The notes under the pieces are model-generated. The model did not search any database. It was not told the DNA's origin and worked only from the letters and a program-made list of their open reading frames with translations. A program made the position numbers and the translations under genes. From Octopus sinensis (lineage: Eukaryota), in contig NC_043021.1 in assembly GCF_006345805.1 (NCBI RefSeq), positions 10,602,001-10,666,000 of the forward strand: DNA of 64,000 nucleotides, written 5' to 3'. Shown one piece after another: positions 39,702 to 51,150 of this stretch; within the stretch, counting starts at the first letter, position 1; the number at the start of each line of letters is the position of its first letter.

Positions 39702-40259
39702 TTGGGTTGTCCGGAAAGTTCGTGCCGATTTATAGTAGCTTACCTTTCGACTTATTTTAGAATATGGTTGAGTCCATAAAATAGGATTTTACTACACCTC
39801 CATTCAGAGCACAGTTCAAGCTATCTTTTCATGGAAGAAGGTTTATGTTCCTATAACCTGTGTTAATTTTGTAACCCTTTAAAATGGAAGATAAGAAAGT
39901 TCATTTTCGGCACTTGATGCTTTGGGAACCAGACCAAAATCGCTGCAGCTCGGCTGGGATGTATTACCCCACCCTCCATATTCACCAGATATTGCTCCTT
40001 CGGATTTCCACTTACTCAGGTCTTTGCAGGATAGTCTTAACAGTAAAAATTTCAATTCCTTGGATGACGTAAAAAGATACTTTGATGAATTCTTTGCCAT
40101 GAAACCACCGCAATTGTGGGAAGACGATATTTTCAAGTTAAAGGAAAGATGGAGACGCATTGTGCAACAAAATGGTTCATATTTGGTCGATTAAAAATGT
40201 AATGGCAAGTATTTATTGACCTTTTTCTTTCCTTTAAAAATCGACACGAACTTTCCGGA
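39702..40259 (+). mobile_element. Internally deleted mariner (Tc1/mariner) DNA transposon
   Basis: Left TIR TA|ttgggttgtccggaaagttcgtgccgattt; right partial TIR aaatcgacacgaactttccgga. Transposase N-terminus MEDKKVHFRHLMLWE joined to a C-terminus with the diagnostic LGWDVLPHPPYSPDIAPSDFHL...ERW...NGSY. Confidence 0.92.
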
Positions 40260-42971
40260 TGAGGTTAAAGCAGTGTTTCTTCACCTATTTTCGCCCAGCT
40301 CCTACTCTAACTTTCCAGAAAAATGTATGCTCCACCGGTAGTTGGAAAAAAACCCACTCTATTTTTAATATCTTATCAAAATTATTTTATACAAAAGAAT
40401 TTATCAGTAACTTTATTAAGTAAAAAAAAAGTACATTATTGACTAAGAGGAAAAAAAGATTTTCCCTATTCCATGTCGCACTAAAAAAAAAAAAATAGGA
40501 AAAGAAAAATATTTGGATCCCACACCCCACTATAATTTTCCCAGGCTCCTCCGGTGGGGCATATGCCTCACGTTGGGGGAATCACTGAGATTTTGTGGGT
40601 GGTTAACTCTAATTGCACCCAGAGTTCAAGGGAGACAACTCTAAAATGAAATTTTTTCAGAAATGGAATCGAAGGACGTAAAGTGGTTGAATGAGTGTGG
40701 TGACCATCTTATTTGACATCTGCAGCAGAACAGTATTTACTCGGCCCTAAAATGACTGGCCAATGCTCAGAATTTGAGTGAATAAACGCTAACACAATGA
40801 ATAATAAAAGGACTCCCTGAAGAAATCCCGTTCAAGGAATCCCTAAAAGAATCCTTTGGCCCCTGTCACATTGATTGCTGCCAGTGATCTGTTTTTGCCC
40901 CTAACTGTTCTTTCCTGGCACCTTACTGCCCTCTTGGACAGTACCTTCCTTTGGAGACACGTGCAGGACCTTCCTTGCAGACAAGCAGCGAAGAGAAAAA
41001 CAAGGACATCATGACCAATCCTGACTAGCCTGTGGTCTTTCCTGTTAGTCCAAAATTGGACTCCTTTGACATCAATAAATTTGTGACACACCTCGACATC
41101 CCCACTGAAAATCTCTGCCTGCAAAGCCAAACCGTTATATCGTGTCTTGCTGGAATTACTGGTGATCCTTAACTTAGGCTTGTTCTTCATTCAAAACAAT
41201 CAGCTGAGTGAGTGTTGGAATATGTTCAGGTACTGAACCAAAATTTAATTAAATTTACAGCTTTAGAGAGGAGAGGGGGAAAAAATCATTGACTGTAATC
41301 ACCAAAAATAAAGGAGACACCTTGGAAATTTAATGTGTGTGTTTTCTTTATATACCTTGAAGGATAAAATATTGATAGGAATTGGTACTTTACTGAGAAA
41401 ACCCTAAGGATAATAGTTCTGTTGTGAGTTTCTGCTGTTCCCTTGATGTGCATGCATGTGTGTGTGTGTGTATTTTCTTGGTGCACATTGGAAGATGAAA
41501 AGTTTTGATGGAAGTTGGTACTTTGCAAAGAAGACACCAGTGATATTTGTTTTGCAGTGATTTACTGGTGCTCCCCTGTTGTGTGTATGTATGTGTATTG
41601 TCATGATGTACATTAACCCTTTAGCATTCAGATTACTCTGTCAAATGTAATGCTTATATATTTACATTGTTTTGAATTCATCAGGCATTGTTTTACTGGG
41701 GATCCTTGTCATAGGCTTGTTCTTCATTCAAAACAATCAGCTGAGTGAGTGTTGGAATATGTTTGAGATTTCAATGATATAATTGTTTATTTTTAGAATG
41801 ACATTGTTGGACAGGTGTGAGGGGCCAGCTATGGCCAGTTAAACCATTTAGCATTCAAATTACTCTGTCAAATGTAATGCTTATTTATTTACAATGTTTT
41901 AAATTTATCCTGCATTATTTTCTAGCTTTGAGATTTCAATAATGTGGTTATTTTCAGAGTGACATTGTAGGGTAGGTGCGAGAGGCCAGATATAGCCAGT
42001 TTGAAAATAAAACAAACAAAATATTTTGGCCAGTTTAAATGCTAAAGGTTCAAAGGATAAAATTATTAATGGAAATCTATATTTTACAAAGAAAACACCA
42101 AGGGTAATTGTTTCAAACGAATTAAAGAAGAAAAATAATCCATTTACCATAAACTCAAAACTAATTGCCACAATAATTTTAATATTCATGAACTTTTATT
42201 CAGATATGAATTATATACATTACAGCTGGTGAACATATTAAGGAGAGTCAACTGAGTACAAAGTAGTGACTAGAAATGGTTTCCTTGATGGTGGAATGAA
42301 AACAGGATTTTAGTTTGGCAGTGTTTTCGGGAATTGTTGAAAGAATAGCAAAACAACATTATATATATATATATATATATATATATTTCTCAATTTCTGA
42401 AGATAGATAGATAATTCTTTTTTTTAGAATGTTGCATCTTGAAACATGTTAAGGCTATAAATAATGGCCTGTAACCCTTTTGGTTAGAAACAGCCTTTGA
42501 CTTTTTCTAGCCAAAAGCATTTTTCTTATCCAATATATACAAGTTGTTATTTTATAGCTTTAACTGCTTTCAGAGCCACTGTTCCAAAAAGGAATTACTT
42601 CATATTTTGTTGAAAATTTATAGATTCTTATGATGTCAACAGTGTGTGTGCATTTGTGTGGATATATGTATATGGATGCAAGCATGACTAAGTGGTCAAG
42701 GACCACTGCAGACAATCGGACATGTCTGGATTTGATTCCTCTGTGTAAAAGCTTGTTGGATGGCCTCTATTTGTAATTAAAAAAAAAATCAGCCAGCCTT
42801 GTCATACACTGCGTCAAGCTGATTATTATGCATAAAGATTATGTTATGGATAGAGTGTCCTTGGAATACTCGGTCATTTCCTGCCAGTTTAATGAGTAAT
42901 TCAGTAGATTGAACAACCGGAATACTCATTATTAAACTGAAGTAAGGACCTGTTATACATACATGCAGGTG

Positions 42972-43003
<32 letters not shown>

Positions 43004-43981
43004 AAGCTGCATGATATATTTATTTATGTGTTTATACACACACACAAACACACGTGTTGATTTGGGTTTTTGAGAATCCATCTTTACAATTATGAAATCA
43101 TAAAACTTTCGTGTTTGTTTCATATAGTTTCCAAATAGTACTAATTACATATAACTGCAATTAACCCTTTCATTAAATTTCATTGTTATTCCAGTGATGA
43201 TTGTTAAATATCCAACAGAAAATATAATTGTCATTTACTGCAACTCGTATAGCCTCAGTAAACTTGACATATTTCAATCAGAAAATAGTTTCAAATATGA
43301 TATTCCTCAACAAAAGACAGATTGGTATATTAAACTCCTTTCTGCATTGAAGGACAATGAAATTTCGAGTGGATGTATCTGATTTCTGCAGTTAAAAAGG
43401 TTTAAAGAGTTAAAAATTCCTTTAAAGTTTTAGCCTTTGATATTATTATCATTCAACTTTTTCCCTTTTTTCTTTTCCTGTTTTCTCTTAATCCTCTCCT
43501 TTTTTCTGTTTTTTATGTTCCAGTTTGTATGCATGCGTGTGTGTGTGTGTCCGTGTGTGTTCGTTTAAAAATACGAGAATACAGTCCTACTGACTTGATA
43601 ACAAATGTCAGTTATATTGAATATTGTAGATCTGAGGAGAATATGGCTTTCCAAATAATATGACAGGTGATAATGTAATCTGCTTCAAGCTTTATACTTG
43701 CTCAAATTTTTTTTTTTATAACTTTTTCCCAATATTTATCTAGTTAGGATAACAGCTGATGTTTTGTTACAGGAAAATCACACACAAACAATATATGTGT
43801 GTGTGTGTGTACACGCATATATATATATATGTATGTGTTGTATATTTGTATGCGTCCATGTTTGTGTGTGTGTATATATATATATCATAATAGTAGGGAA
43901 TATAATTCCAAACTTACAGGGAAAAATTCAATTTAGTAATTCTAAATCAAATTTCACAATATATAATATATGTATATAATT

Positions 43982-44174
43982 AAGAGAAATAACCTCTATT
44001 AAGTAATTCAATAGTGAAACACATCTATATTATATATTATATAGAAAAAATTTAAATATACTATAATAAAATTCAATTTTTGAATAATATTTATTATAGT
44101 ATATTTAAATTTTTTCCATATAATATAGATAATGTCTTTCATTATTGAATTACTTAATAGAGGTTATTTCTCTT
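43982..44174. repeat. AT-rich fold-back; related structure at 19201-19303
   Basis: aagagaaataacctctattaagtaattcaat / attgaattacttaatagaggttatttctctt. Both loci are preceded by the same gggaatat.attccaaacttacagggaaaaattcaatttag block. Confidence 0.85.
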
Positions 44175-45031
44175 TAATGATATATATGTATATATGTTAC
44201 AGTTAATTCTTTATTAACTTTTTTGCAAACCACATTGGACCCTATTTCAGTCAAGTAATTCATTCAAGCTTGTCTTTCCAACTAATTGTGTCTGCTAATT
44301 CCTTCTCGTCGATGCTCTCCGTATTACAGTACTGTTTTTCAGTGTGTTTACTTTTGTTTTTGTTCTCCCCCACCCACTCCTTGCAAGCCCCATGGGATTA
44401 CGTGTTAATCTGTCTCTCGGATGTTGGTTATGTTTGTACAATGGATATCCAAGGCGGTGCTCCTGCGTGGCCACAATCTAATTACTGAAACTAGTAAAAG
44501 AATGGTGTTACATTTAGTCACATCATCATCATCACCATTGTCATTGTTGTTGTTATCTTTCATAACTTCTGCCATCATCAGTTTAGTAGTCATTGCTGTT
44601 CCCAACTTTTTTATTTCTTTATTTATTTGCTTGTTTGGTTTTTCTTTTTCTTTTTCAAATATTCTTTTAATGTTTATAACAATTAGATATTTTGCTGGTT
44701 AAGCGAGAGTCCGTTCGAAGGGATTGCTTTGAAGCATTTGACTAATGAATTGAAACATTAAAATATTGGGTGACAGAATGCTTTCTGTCTGTCTGGTATT
44801 TGTCTTTGAGCTGCTGTATTTAGACCGTGATCTGTTTTTGGTAGCTTCTATCAGACTATCTTTTGTCATCTATCATGAAAATAAATCTCAACAGAAAAAT
44901 TATTAATATCTTATGGAGATAAAAAAAAAAAAAAATGAAAAGATCCTCTAATTTAAGAGTTGTTCTAAGACCCTTCTTTAAAGTAGTTCTTTGAGGTAAT
45001 AACCAATAAAAGTCCTTTATTTACTGATTTA

Positions 45032-46855
45032 TTACTGTCTACTATATTTTCTTTTGTTTCTCCTGTTATGCCGCCTTGAACTCCTGCGCCTCTTTCGTTC
45101 ATTGGAATCGTCTCGGACAGCGACATTTGTACCAAATCCAATTCTTGAGGACCTTGCTTTTTGCAGCTGGCTTTTTTCTAATGAAGATGGGTTACGACTT
45201 GCTCTATATTCTGCATATCTGTTGCTGTCAGTCCGGTATTCTGCTGCTGAGCTTGTAAGATATTCATTATCAGACAGATCCCTTAATAGTTGTCCTTTGA
45301 GCTTACTTGGTGTGCAGCAAGCTGGTGTTTTGTCCTTATAGAAGGTAATATCTGATGTTCCTAACCATCTTTTGAGCCAGAGCAGATTGGAATCACAGTG
45401 CCAAGCGTTGTTGTTGAGCAGAAACGTTGTCAGTCTTGGAAATATTCCTCGTATATTCTCTGGCACGTTTTTGAGGATGTTGTATCGAAAATCAATTTTT
45501 TGAACTGATTTTGTTACCTCAATCTGGCCATTTCTGACTCGGTCCAGGAGACTTTTACATAGACCGGGGCTGTTCATCAAATTGAATTCCTGTAGATTTG
45601 GCATTTCTCGGAAGAGGTCCATCTGTACCCTTGCACTTTCCAATTCTCCATAAGATATATCAAGCGTGTGCAGTGATGGCAGGGATTCAAAGGATCTCCT
45701 CTGAATAGTTGCTATCGGATTATTTGCCAGTCTTAGGCTGACCAAATTTGGCAGGTCTTTGAAGATTCCTGATGATAGTGTATGTAATTCATTACTTTGA
45801 AGATTCAGGTCTTTCAACATTGACAACTTACTAAATGCTTCAGGCTCAATCTCAGTGAGTTTGTTTGTCTCTACTGTGAGCTCTTCTATGAGAGGACTCT
45901 TCACAAATGCATGTCTCTCAATCCTACTAATTAAATTCGAATTGATGGCCAATTTAACTAAGTTCCTTGGTAGTTTCGTTGGCAGTGTAAATAACTCGTT
46001 AGAATTCAGCCAAATTTCCTTCACATTATCAAGACCATTGAATGCATTGTCATGAATAGAATTAATTTGATTTTCATTAAGTGTCAATAATTGTAGTGCT
46101 GAAATGTGCTTGAGGTCGCTTTTCCCAATTTTCGTAATGTTGTTTTTGCCAAACCGGAGATCATTGATACTTTCTGGCAGCCCCTTTGGCACGCGTTCCA
46201 GTCTGTTGTTTGTGAAGTCAGCTACACGCAGAGATTTCAGTGTATAACTCAGCACACTGAAATCGACAAGTTTGTTGTTTTGAAGAACCAAATAGCGCAA
46301 ATTCACCAGCGGCTCAAATGCTTTGGGATTAATCGTAGTTATTTGATTTGAGGTCAAATCCAGGTACTTCAGATTTGATAGGTTCTCAAAGTCATTCTCT
46401 CCTATTTCTGTGATCTGGTTTGATCCTAGGTTGAGAAATGTTAGCTTAGTGTTTCTTTTGAAAATGTTTTTAATATCATAAAGGTTGTTTTTGAAGAGAA
46501 CGATTCCTTGAAGTTCTGTAAGGCTTTCAAATGCCTCTTCACTGATGCTTGATATCTGGTTGTTTGTTAAATCGAGTTTGCGAAGGCCTAAAAATGATCG
46601 GAACAGTCTGGAATTAATTGAAAGCAACCGATTTTGTGTCAAACACAACTGTTTGATTTCGTGAATATTTTCCAATCTGCCTCTGTCTAGTTTTTTCGAA
46701 TCACATCCTACTAAGTTAAAAAGCGCCTCTGGGACCGGACAGTCAATTCTATCTCCAGAACACCTGCAACCATCTGGACATTGAGCTTCCAGGCCAGCTA
46801 CCAGAAGACATAAGCCAAAAACCAGGAAGCACACCTGTCTGGCTAACCTGTACAT
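45032..46855 (-). CDS. Secreted leucine-rich-repeat protein (LRRNT + LRR array + LRRCT + polybasic tail), 607 aa, single coding exon
   Basis: Only long non-repetitive ORF. Start taken at MYRLARQ (ATG at 46855) because a splice acceptor (ttttctttacttttcag) lies just upstream and a signal-peptide-like stretch follows (VCFLVFGLCLLVAGLEA). LRRNT CPDGCRCSGDRIDC; many LxxLxLxxNxI repeats; LRRCT NAWHCDSNLLWLKRWL...C; no transmembrane segment; TAA stop at 45032-45034. Confidence 0.93.
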   Translation of the reverse strand: MYRLARQVCFLVFGLCLLVAGLEAQCPDGCRCSGDRIDCPVPEALFNLVGCDSKKLDRGRLENIHEIKQLCLTQNRLLSINSRLFRSFLGLRKLDLTNNQISSISEEAFESLTELQGIVLFKNNLYDIKNIFKRNTKLTFLNLGSNQITEIGENDFENLSNLKYLDLTSNQITTINPKAFEPLVNLRYLVLQNNKLVDFSVLSYTLKSLRVADFTNNRLERVPKGLPESINDLRFGKNNITKIGKSDLKHISALQLLTLNENQINSIHDNAFNGLDNVKEIWLNSNELFTLPTKLPRNLVKLAINSNLISRIERHAFVKSPLIEELTVETNKLTEIEPEAFSKLSMLKDLNLQSNELHTLSSGIFKDLPNLVSLRLANNPIATIQRRSFESLPSLHTLDISYGELESARVQMDLFREMPNLQEFNLMNSPGLCKSLLDRVRNGQIEVTKSVQKIDFRYNILKNVPENIRGIFPRLTTFLLNNNAWHCDSNLLWLKRWLGTSDITFYKDKTPACCTPSKLKGQLLRDLSDNEYLTSSAAEYRTDSNRYAEYRASRNPSSLEKSQLQKARSSRIGFGTNVAVRDDSNERKRRRSSRRHNRRNKRKYSRQ

Positions 46856-47052
46856 CTTTGTGTTGTTATCTGGGTCCTTCACTGGAAGATGTCTGTTCTG
46901 AAAAGTAAAGAAAATCATTAAATCATCAACTTTTCAATATTGGCTGTCGCAGGTGGAAATATTAATTCTCCAGTTTGAAATTTAAAAAATAAATTATCTA
47001 TGAAATATATTTCAGAAACAGAAACTGAATAGTAGAAAATAGTTAAACTATA

Positions 47053-47432
47053 GGTGCAGGAGTGGCTGTGTGGTAAGTAGCTTGCTTACTGACCATATGG
47101 TTCTGGGTTCAGTCCCACTGCCTGGCACCTTGGGCAAGTGTCTTCTGCTATAGCCTTGGGCCGACTAAAGCCTTGTGAGTGGATTTGATAGACGGAAACT
47201 GAAAAGAAGCTCGTTGTATATATGTATATACATGTGTCTGTGTTTGTCCCCCCAACATCGCTTGACAACCAATGCTGGTGTGCTTACGTCCCTGTAACTT
47301 AGCGGTTTAGCAAAAGAGATCCGATGGAATAAGTACTAGGCTTACAAAGAATAAGTCCTGGGGTCGATTTGCTCGACTAAAGGCGGTGCTCCAGCATGGC
47401 CACAGTCAAATGACTGAAACAAGTAAAAGAGA
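47053..47432 (+). mobile_element. tRNA-derived SINE family A
   Basis: Near-complete match to the 49544 copy. Confidence 0.9.
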
Positions 47433-48307
47433 GTATAAATGAAATTCAATTTAAATTTATTTTTCAATTTGAATTGATGAAAATGTTTTATGTAACCATA
47501 GAATACCTGTGATTACATTTATCCATTGCACCTTTCCCTGTAATTGTTATTTAGTTCCTGGCAGACCCTAAATGAGGGGACATCATTTATCTTGCTCTTT
47601 GTTTCAAATTTAATGTATCTTGGGCTGTGCTGTGTCCTTCTTTTTAAAGATAGTAGGTTGAGGGAGATTTGACTGCTGTTTCAAGTAGGCTAAGCTGCTG
47701 CACAGAGGCTTTCCTTTGTCTGAAGTCTTATACTTCACTGGTGAGGTCAGTATAAGATGAAAACATATTGGAAGGGTTGTCTGTTTTACTTGCTGTATGG
47801 TAAGAAGCTTGCTCCCCAACCACATGGTTCTGGGTTCAGTCCTAATGTGTGGCACCTTGGCTGTCTTCTACTATAGCCCCAGGCCAACCAAAGTCTTGTG
47901 AGTGGATCTGGTAGACAGAAACTGAAAGAAGGCAGTTTGTTTGTGTGTGTACATGTGCGCACGTATGTGTGTACATGCACGTGTGTGTGTGTGTATATAT
48001 ATATATGTATGTATGCATGTATGTCTCAATCAGTGTTTGTGATTGTCCCCCTCCCCCTTTCACTGTTTGACAACCTGTGTTGGTTTGCTTATGTCTCTGT
48101 AACTTAGTGGTTCAGCAAAAGAGACCAGTAGAATAAATACTAAGGGCAATTTGTTCAAGGAACAAAAAGAAAAAACTCTTCATAGTGGCACCCCAGCAAG
48201 ACTGCAGTCCAATGACTGGAACAAGTGAAGGGTCAAGGAGATCCACACTGTGATACCAGGAAAGTTAATAAGGACCGATTGTCTTAGCCATCATGCCTTC
48301 ACACACA

Positions 48308-48342
<35 letters not shown>

Positions 48343-49119
48343 TTTGCCTCTCTGTCTCTCTCCTTAACTGGTGGCAATAAACTATACATCATCTATGGTT
48401 GCTTCTACAGTTTTAGTCTTGATAAACTTCCTTCAGTTCATGTTGTTATTGTCATTGTCTCTCAAACACCTGCTAAGTCCTACATATTGGGGGAGCAGAG
48501 GGTGACATAAGCAGAGTAAGTTGTATTTTCCTTATGATGATGATGTGGTGGTAGTGGTAGATGGTCATATTACTGGTTAGACTGGTTTGAAGCTAAACAG
48601 AGAGAGAAAGAGCAGGACAGAAAGAAATATGACTGCTTGACCTGCTAGAAACAGCAGCCAAATCTCCATCCCTTCAATCATGTCCTACTGTCTTAAAAAA
48701 GAACATGTTTGATAACATGGTCCCTGGTTCCCTGTATGTAGGGAAATGATAAGATTTTCATGATTGAATGTGTTTTTGGTCATAGGCCTGCTGGTCTCAA
48801 ACTGACCTGGAGTTAGATAAAAACAACTGCAGTACTACAGTACTATGATAGTGTATGGCATTTTTAGGTAAGGTGTGCTGGGAGCTGTTTTCAAATAATC
48901 CCTTGAAAGGCACAGGTTAAGGGCTGTTCTTAACCCTTCAGCATTCAGATTATTCTATCAAATGTAACCCTTAGTTATTCACATTATCTTGTAGCCTTGA
49001 GATTTCGATGATGCAGTTTATTTTTAGTTTAGAATGACATTGTTGGGTAGGTGTGAAAGGCTGGATTTGGCCAGTTTGAATATAAGACAGGAAGAATATT
49101 TTGTCTGGATGTGGCTGGT

Positions 49120-49348
49120 TTAACTCTTTCGTTACCATCTCGGCTGAAACCAGCTCTAGCTCTGAGTACAAATGTCTTGTTTTCATAAGTTTTGAATTAA
49201 AATCTTCCACCAAACCTTCGTCACAATTTATGTTCCTAACACTAGCTTAATGATAACTAAGTTATTTTACACATATCCTTTGTTATATTTAAAGTAATTG
49301 AAAGAAACATAGAGCATCTCAAAATAAATACAGTAACGAAAGGGTTAA
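49120..49348. mobile_element. Second piggyBac-like MITE family
   Basis: ttaa-ctctttcgttac...gtaacgaaaggg-ttaa inverted termini. Related internal sequence at ~2860-2935, 23965-24075, 57475-57700. Confidence 0.75.
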
Positions 49349-49543
49349 ATGATGCAGTAATGGTGATGCTGCTATACAGTTGTGTGTTATGTGTGTGTGT
49401 GGGGTTAAGAAATCTCTAGCCATTAGCTGTGATAGTAACAATAATAACAGCAACAGCGTGACCCTTTTTGTACCCATATTTATACTGAAATACACGGCTT
49501 TGTTGTCATTATTAAGCTGCTGTTTGAAACATAAATTAACATA

Positions 49544-49705
49544 GGCGCAGGAGTGGCTGTGTGGTAAGTAGCTTGCTTACCAACCACATGGTTCCGGGCT
49601 CAGTCCCACTGTGTGGTACTTTGGGCAAGTGTCTTCTACTATAGCCTCGGGCCGACCAAAGCCTTGTGAGTGGATTTGGTAGACGGAAACTGATAGAAGC
49701 CCATC

Positions 49706-49757
<52 letters not shown>

Positions 49758-49960
49758 TTGTGTGTTTATGTTTGTCCCCCCAACATCACTTGACAACTGA
49801 TGCTGGTGTGTTTACGTCCCCGTAACTTAGCGGTTCGGCAAAAGAGACTGACAGAATAAGTAGTAGGCTTACAAAGAATAAGTCTTGGGGTCGATTTGCT
49901 TGACTAAAGCCAGTGCTCCAGCATGGCCACAGTCAAATGACTGAAACCAGTAAAAGAGTA
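49544..49960 (+). mobile_element. tRNA-derived SINE family A, full length with internal (TA)n(TG)n
   Basis: Head ggcgcaggagtggctgtgtggtaag (A box)...gg(t/c)tcagtcccact (B box); tail gctccagcatggccacagtcaaatgactgaaac.agtaaaaga. Other copies at ~1670-1900, 7117-7290, 15790-16175(-), 17550-17820(-), 38449-38800, 38947-39425, 47790-48230, 59140-59310, 60300-60780(-), 62200-62460. Confidence 0.9.
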
Positions 49961-50219
49961 TAGAAAGTTTCAATTTAGACCACTTTAAAAAAAGGGAGTT
50001 TGTATCATAAAACTGTGTGTGTGTGTGTGGCAGGGTCTTAGATTGGTTGGTACTACAGGGGTTAAATATATACTGAGGGCTAGAAGGGACTACATGAAGG
50101 CAAGTGGGTGATGCAGATTATAACAACAAAGATAGTGACAAAGTAACTTAGTGGACAACAGCAGCAACAACTACAACAGTACCAACAATGAACTAATTAA
50201 CAGTAATTTCTGTGGTTTT

Positions 50220-50780
50220 TCGACATGCTAGAAATGGCAGCTAAATCTTCCTGAAATCACCTTTTGGATGATATATTTCTAGATACACTGTGTCTGGTAA
50301 AAGGCAGGAAGGTCATAGTTGGATTTGCCTTTGATAATTGTTCTATTTTATCTAGGCTGGACATGTAGCTTAACAACAACAACAACAAGGTGGGGTATAC
50401 ATAATGTAGCCCTAGGTACACTGTCTGAATAAGACAGGTTGGTCATGGCGAGAACACCTCTGATCGCAGATCTATTAGGATATGGCTAACCTAGGGTTAA
50501 ACAGCAACAACAGAAAGTATATCTAACCAAGTTCTCTGTATGCTATCTGAATGAGATAGGTTGGTCATGGTGGGAATATCTTTGATCATAGATCAGGACT
50601 GACCCAAGGTTGAACAACAACAACAACAATAATAATAAACAAAGACACATTAAATATTGTAGTCTTAGATACACTGTCTACAAACCAAAGGCGGAGTAGG
50701 GTGGGGGTGGGGTTAATGTTGGTAAAATTTTGATCATAGGTTTACTGGATCAATATACTAACCCGGGGCTAAACGATAAA
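50220..50780 (+). repeat. Degenerate tandem array of a dispersed ~110-140-bp repeat
   Basis: 4-5 units of gatacactgtctg...ggtcatgg...tttgatcatag...acc.gggg.taaacaacaac. Dispersed copies at ~33680-33850, 36260-36450, 48635-48830, 60085-60160(-). Confidence 0.7.
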
Positions 50781-50822
50781 TTTCAAAACAAAAAAAAAAA
50801 GAACAAAACGTAAACAACCTAC

Positions 50823-51087
50823 CTGTCTTGGGGACTAATTAATATTGTAACTTGGTACCATTTGAAGGTAATAACCAGTTGAAACTCATATATATATAGT
50901 ATAATATGGTATATACATATATATATATAATATATATGTGTAGGAAACCTGTTGATATTTTTTTTATTTGCTTTCTTTCTCTCTGAGTTTTACTTTGGGT
51001 ATTGATCAAAAAAAAAATTACCATTTGTCACTCTGTTGAGTGACCACACCAAACTGAGCTCTTTGCTGCTCTCTGGACAACTGCACT
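50823..51087 (-). other. Putative non-coding first exon (5' UTR) of the LRR gene
   Basis: Non-TE sequence ending in a good donor CAG|GTAGGT at 50823/50822; it would splice to the acceptor at 46897, 42 nt upstream of the ATG. It begins at an Inr-like TCAGT. Inference, no transcript data. Confidence 0.5.
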
Positions 51088-51150
51088 GAATCAGACAAAG
51101 GGAGGCCTTTTTATTGATGCTGCAGCAGCAACTAATAGAAACCAGTCACT
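51080..51150 (-). promoter_or_regulatory. Putative core promoter of the LRR gene (TATA-like + Inr)
   Basis: Minus strand reads CAATAAAAAGG (51116-51106), with AATAAAA about 28 nt upstream of TCAGT (A at 51087), the expected TATA-Inr spacing. A second TCAGTT lies at ~51055. Confidence 0.4.

Noticed and set aside
40843-41190. 115-aa minus-strand ORF with a faint hAT dimerisation-like FW motif
   Set aside because: Lacks the ERxFS signature; cannot be supported without a search.
45054-46351. Plus-strand ORFs overlapping the LRR CDS
   Set aside because: Antisense shadows of the real coding sequence with no recognisable features.
46856-46918. 21-aa N-terminal extension of the LRR ORF (MIFFTFQ...)
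   Set aside because: It runs through a splice acceptor into presumed intron; the downstream Met gives a proper signal peptide.
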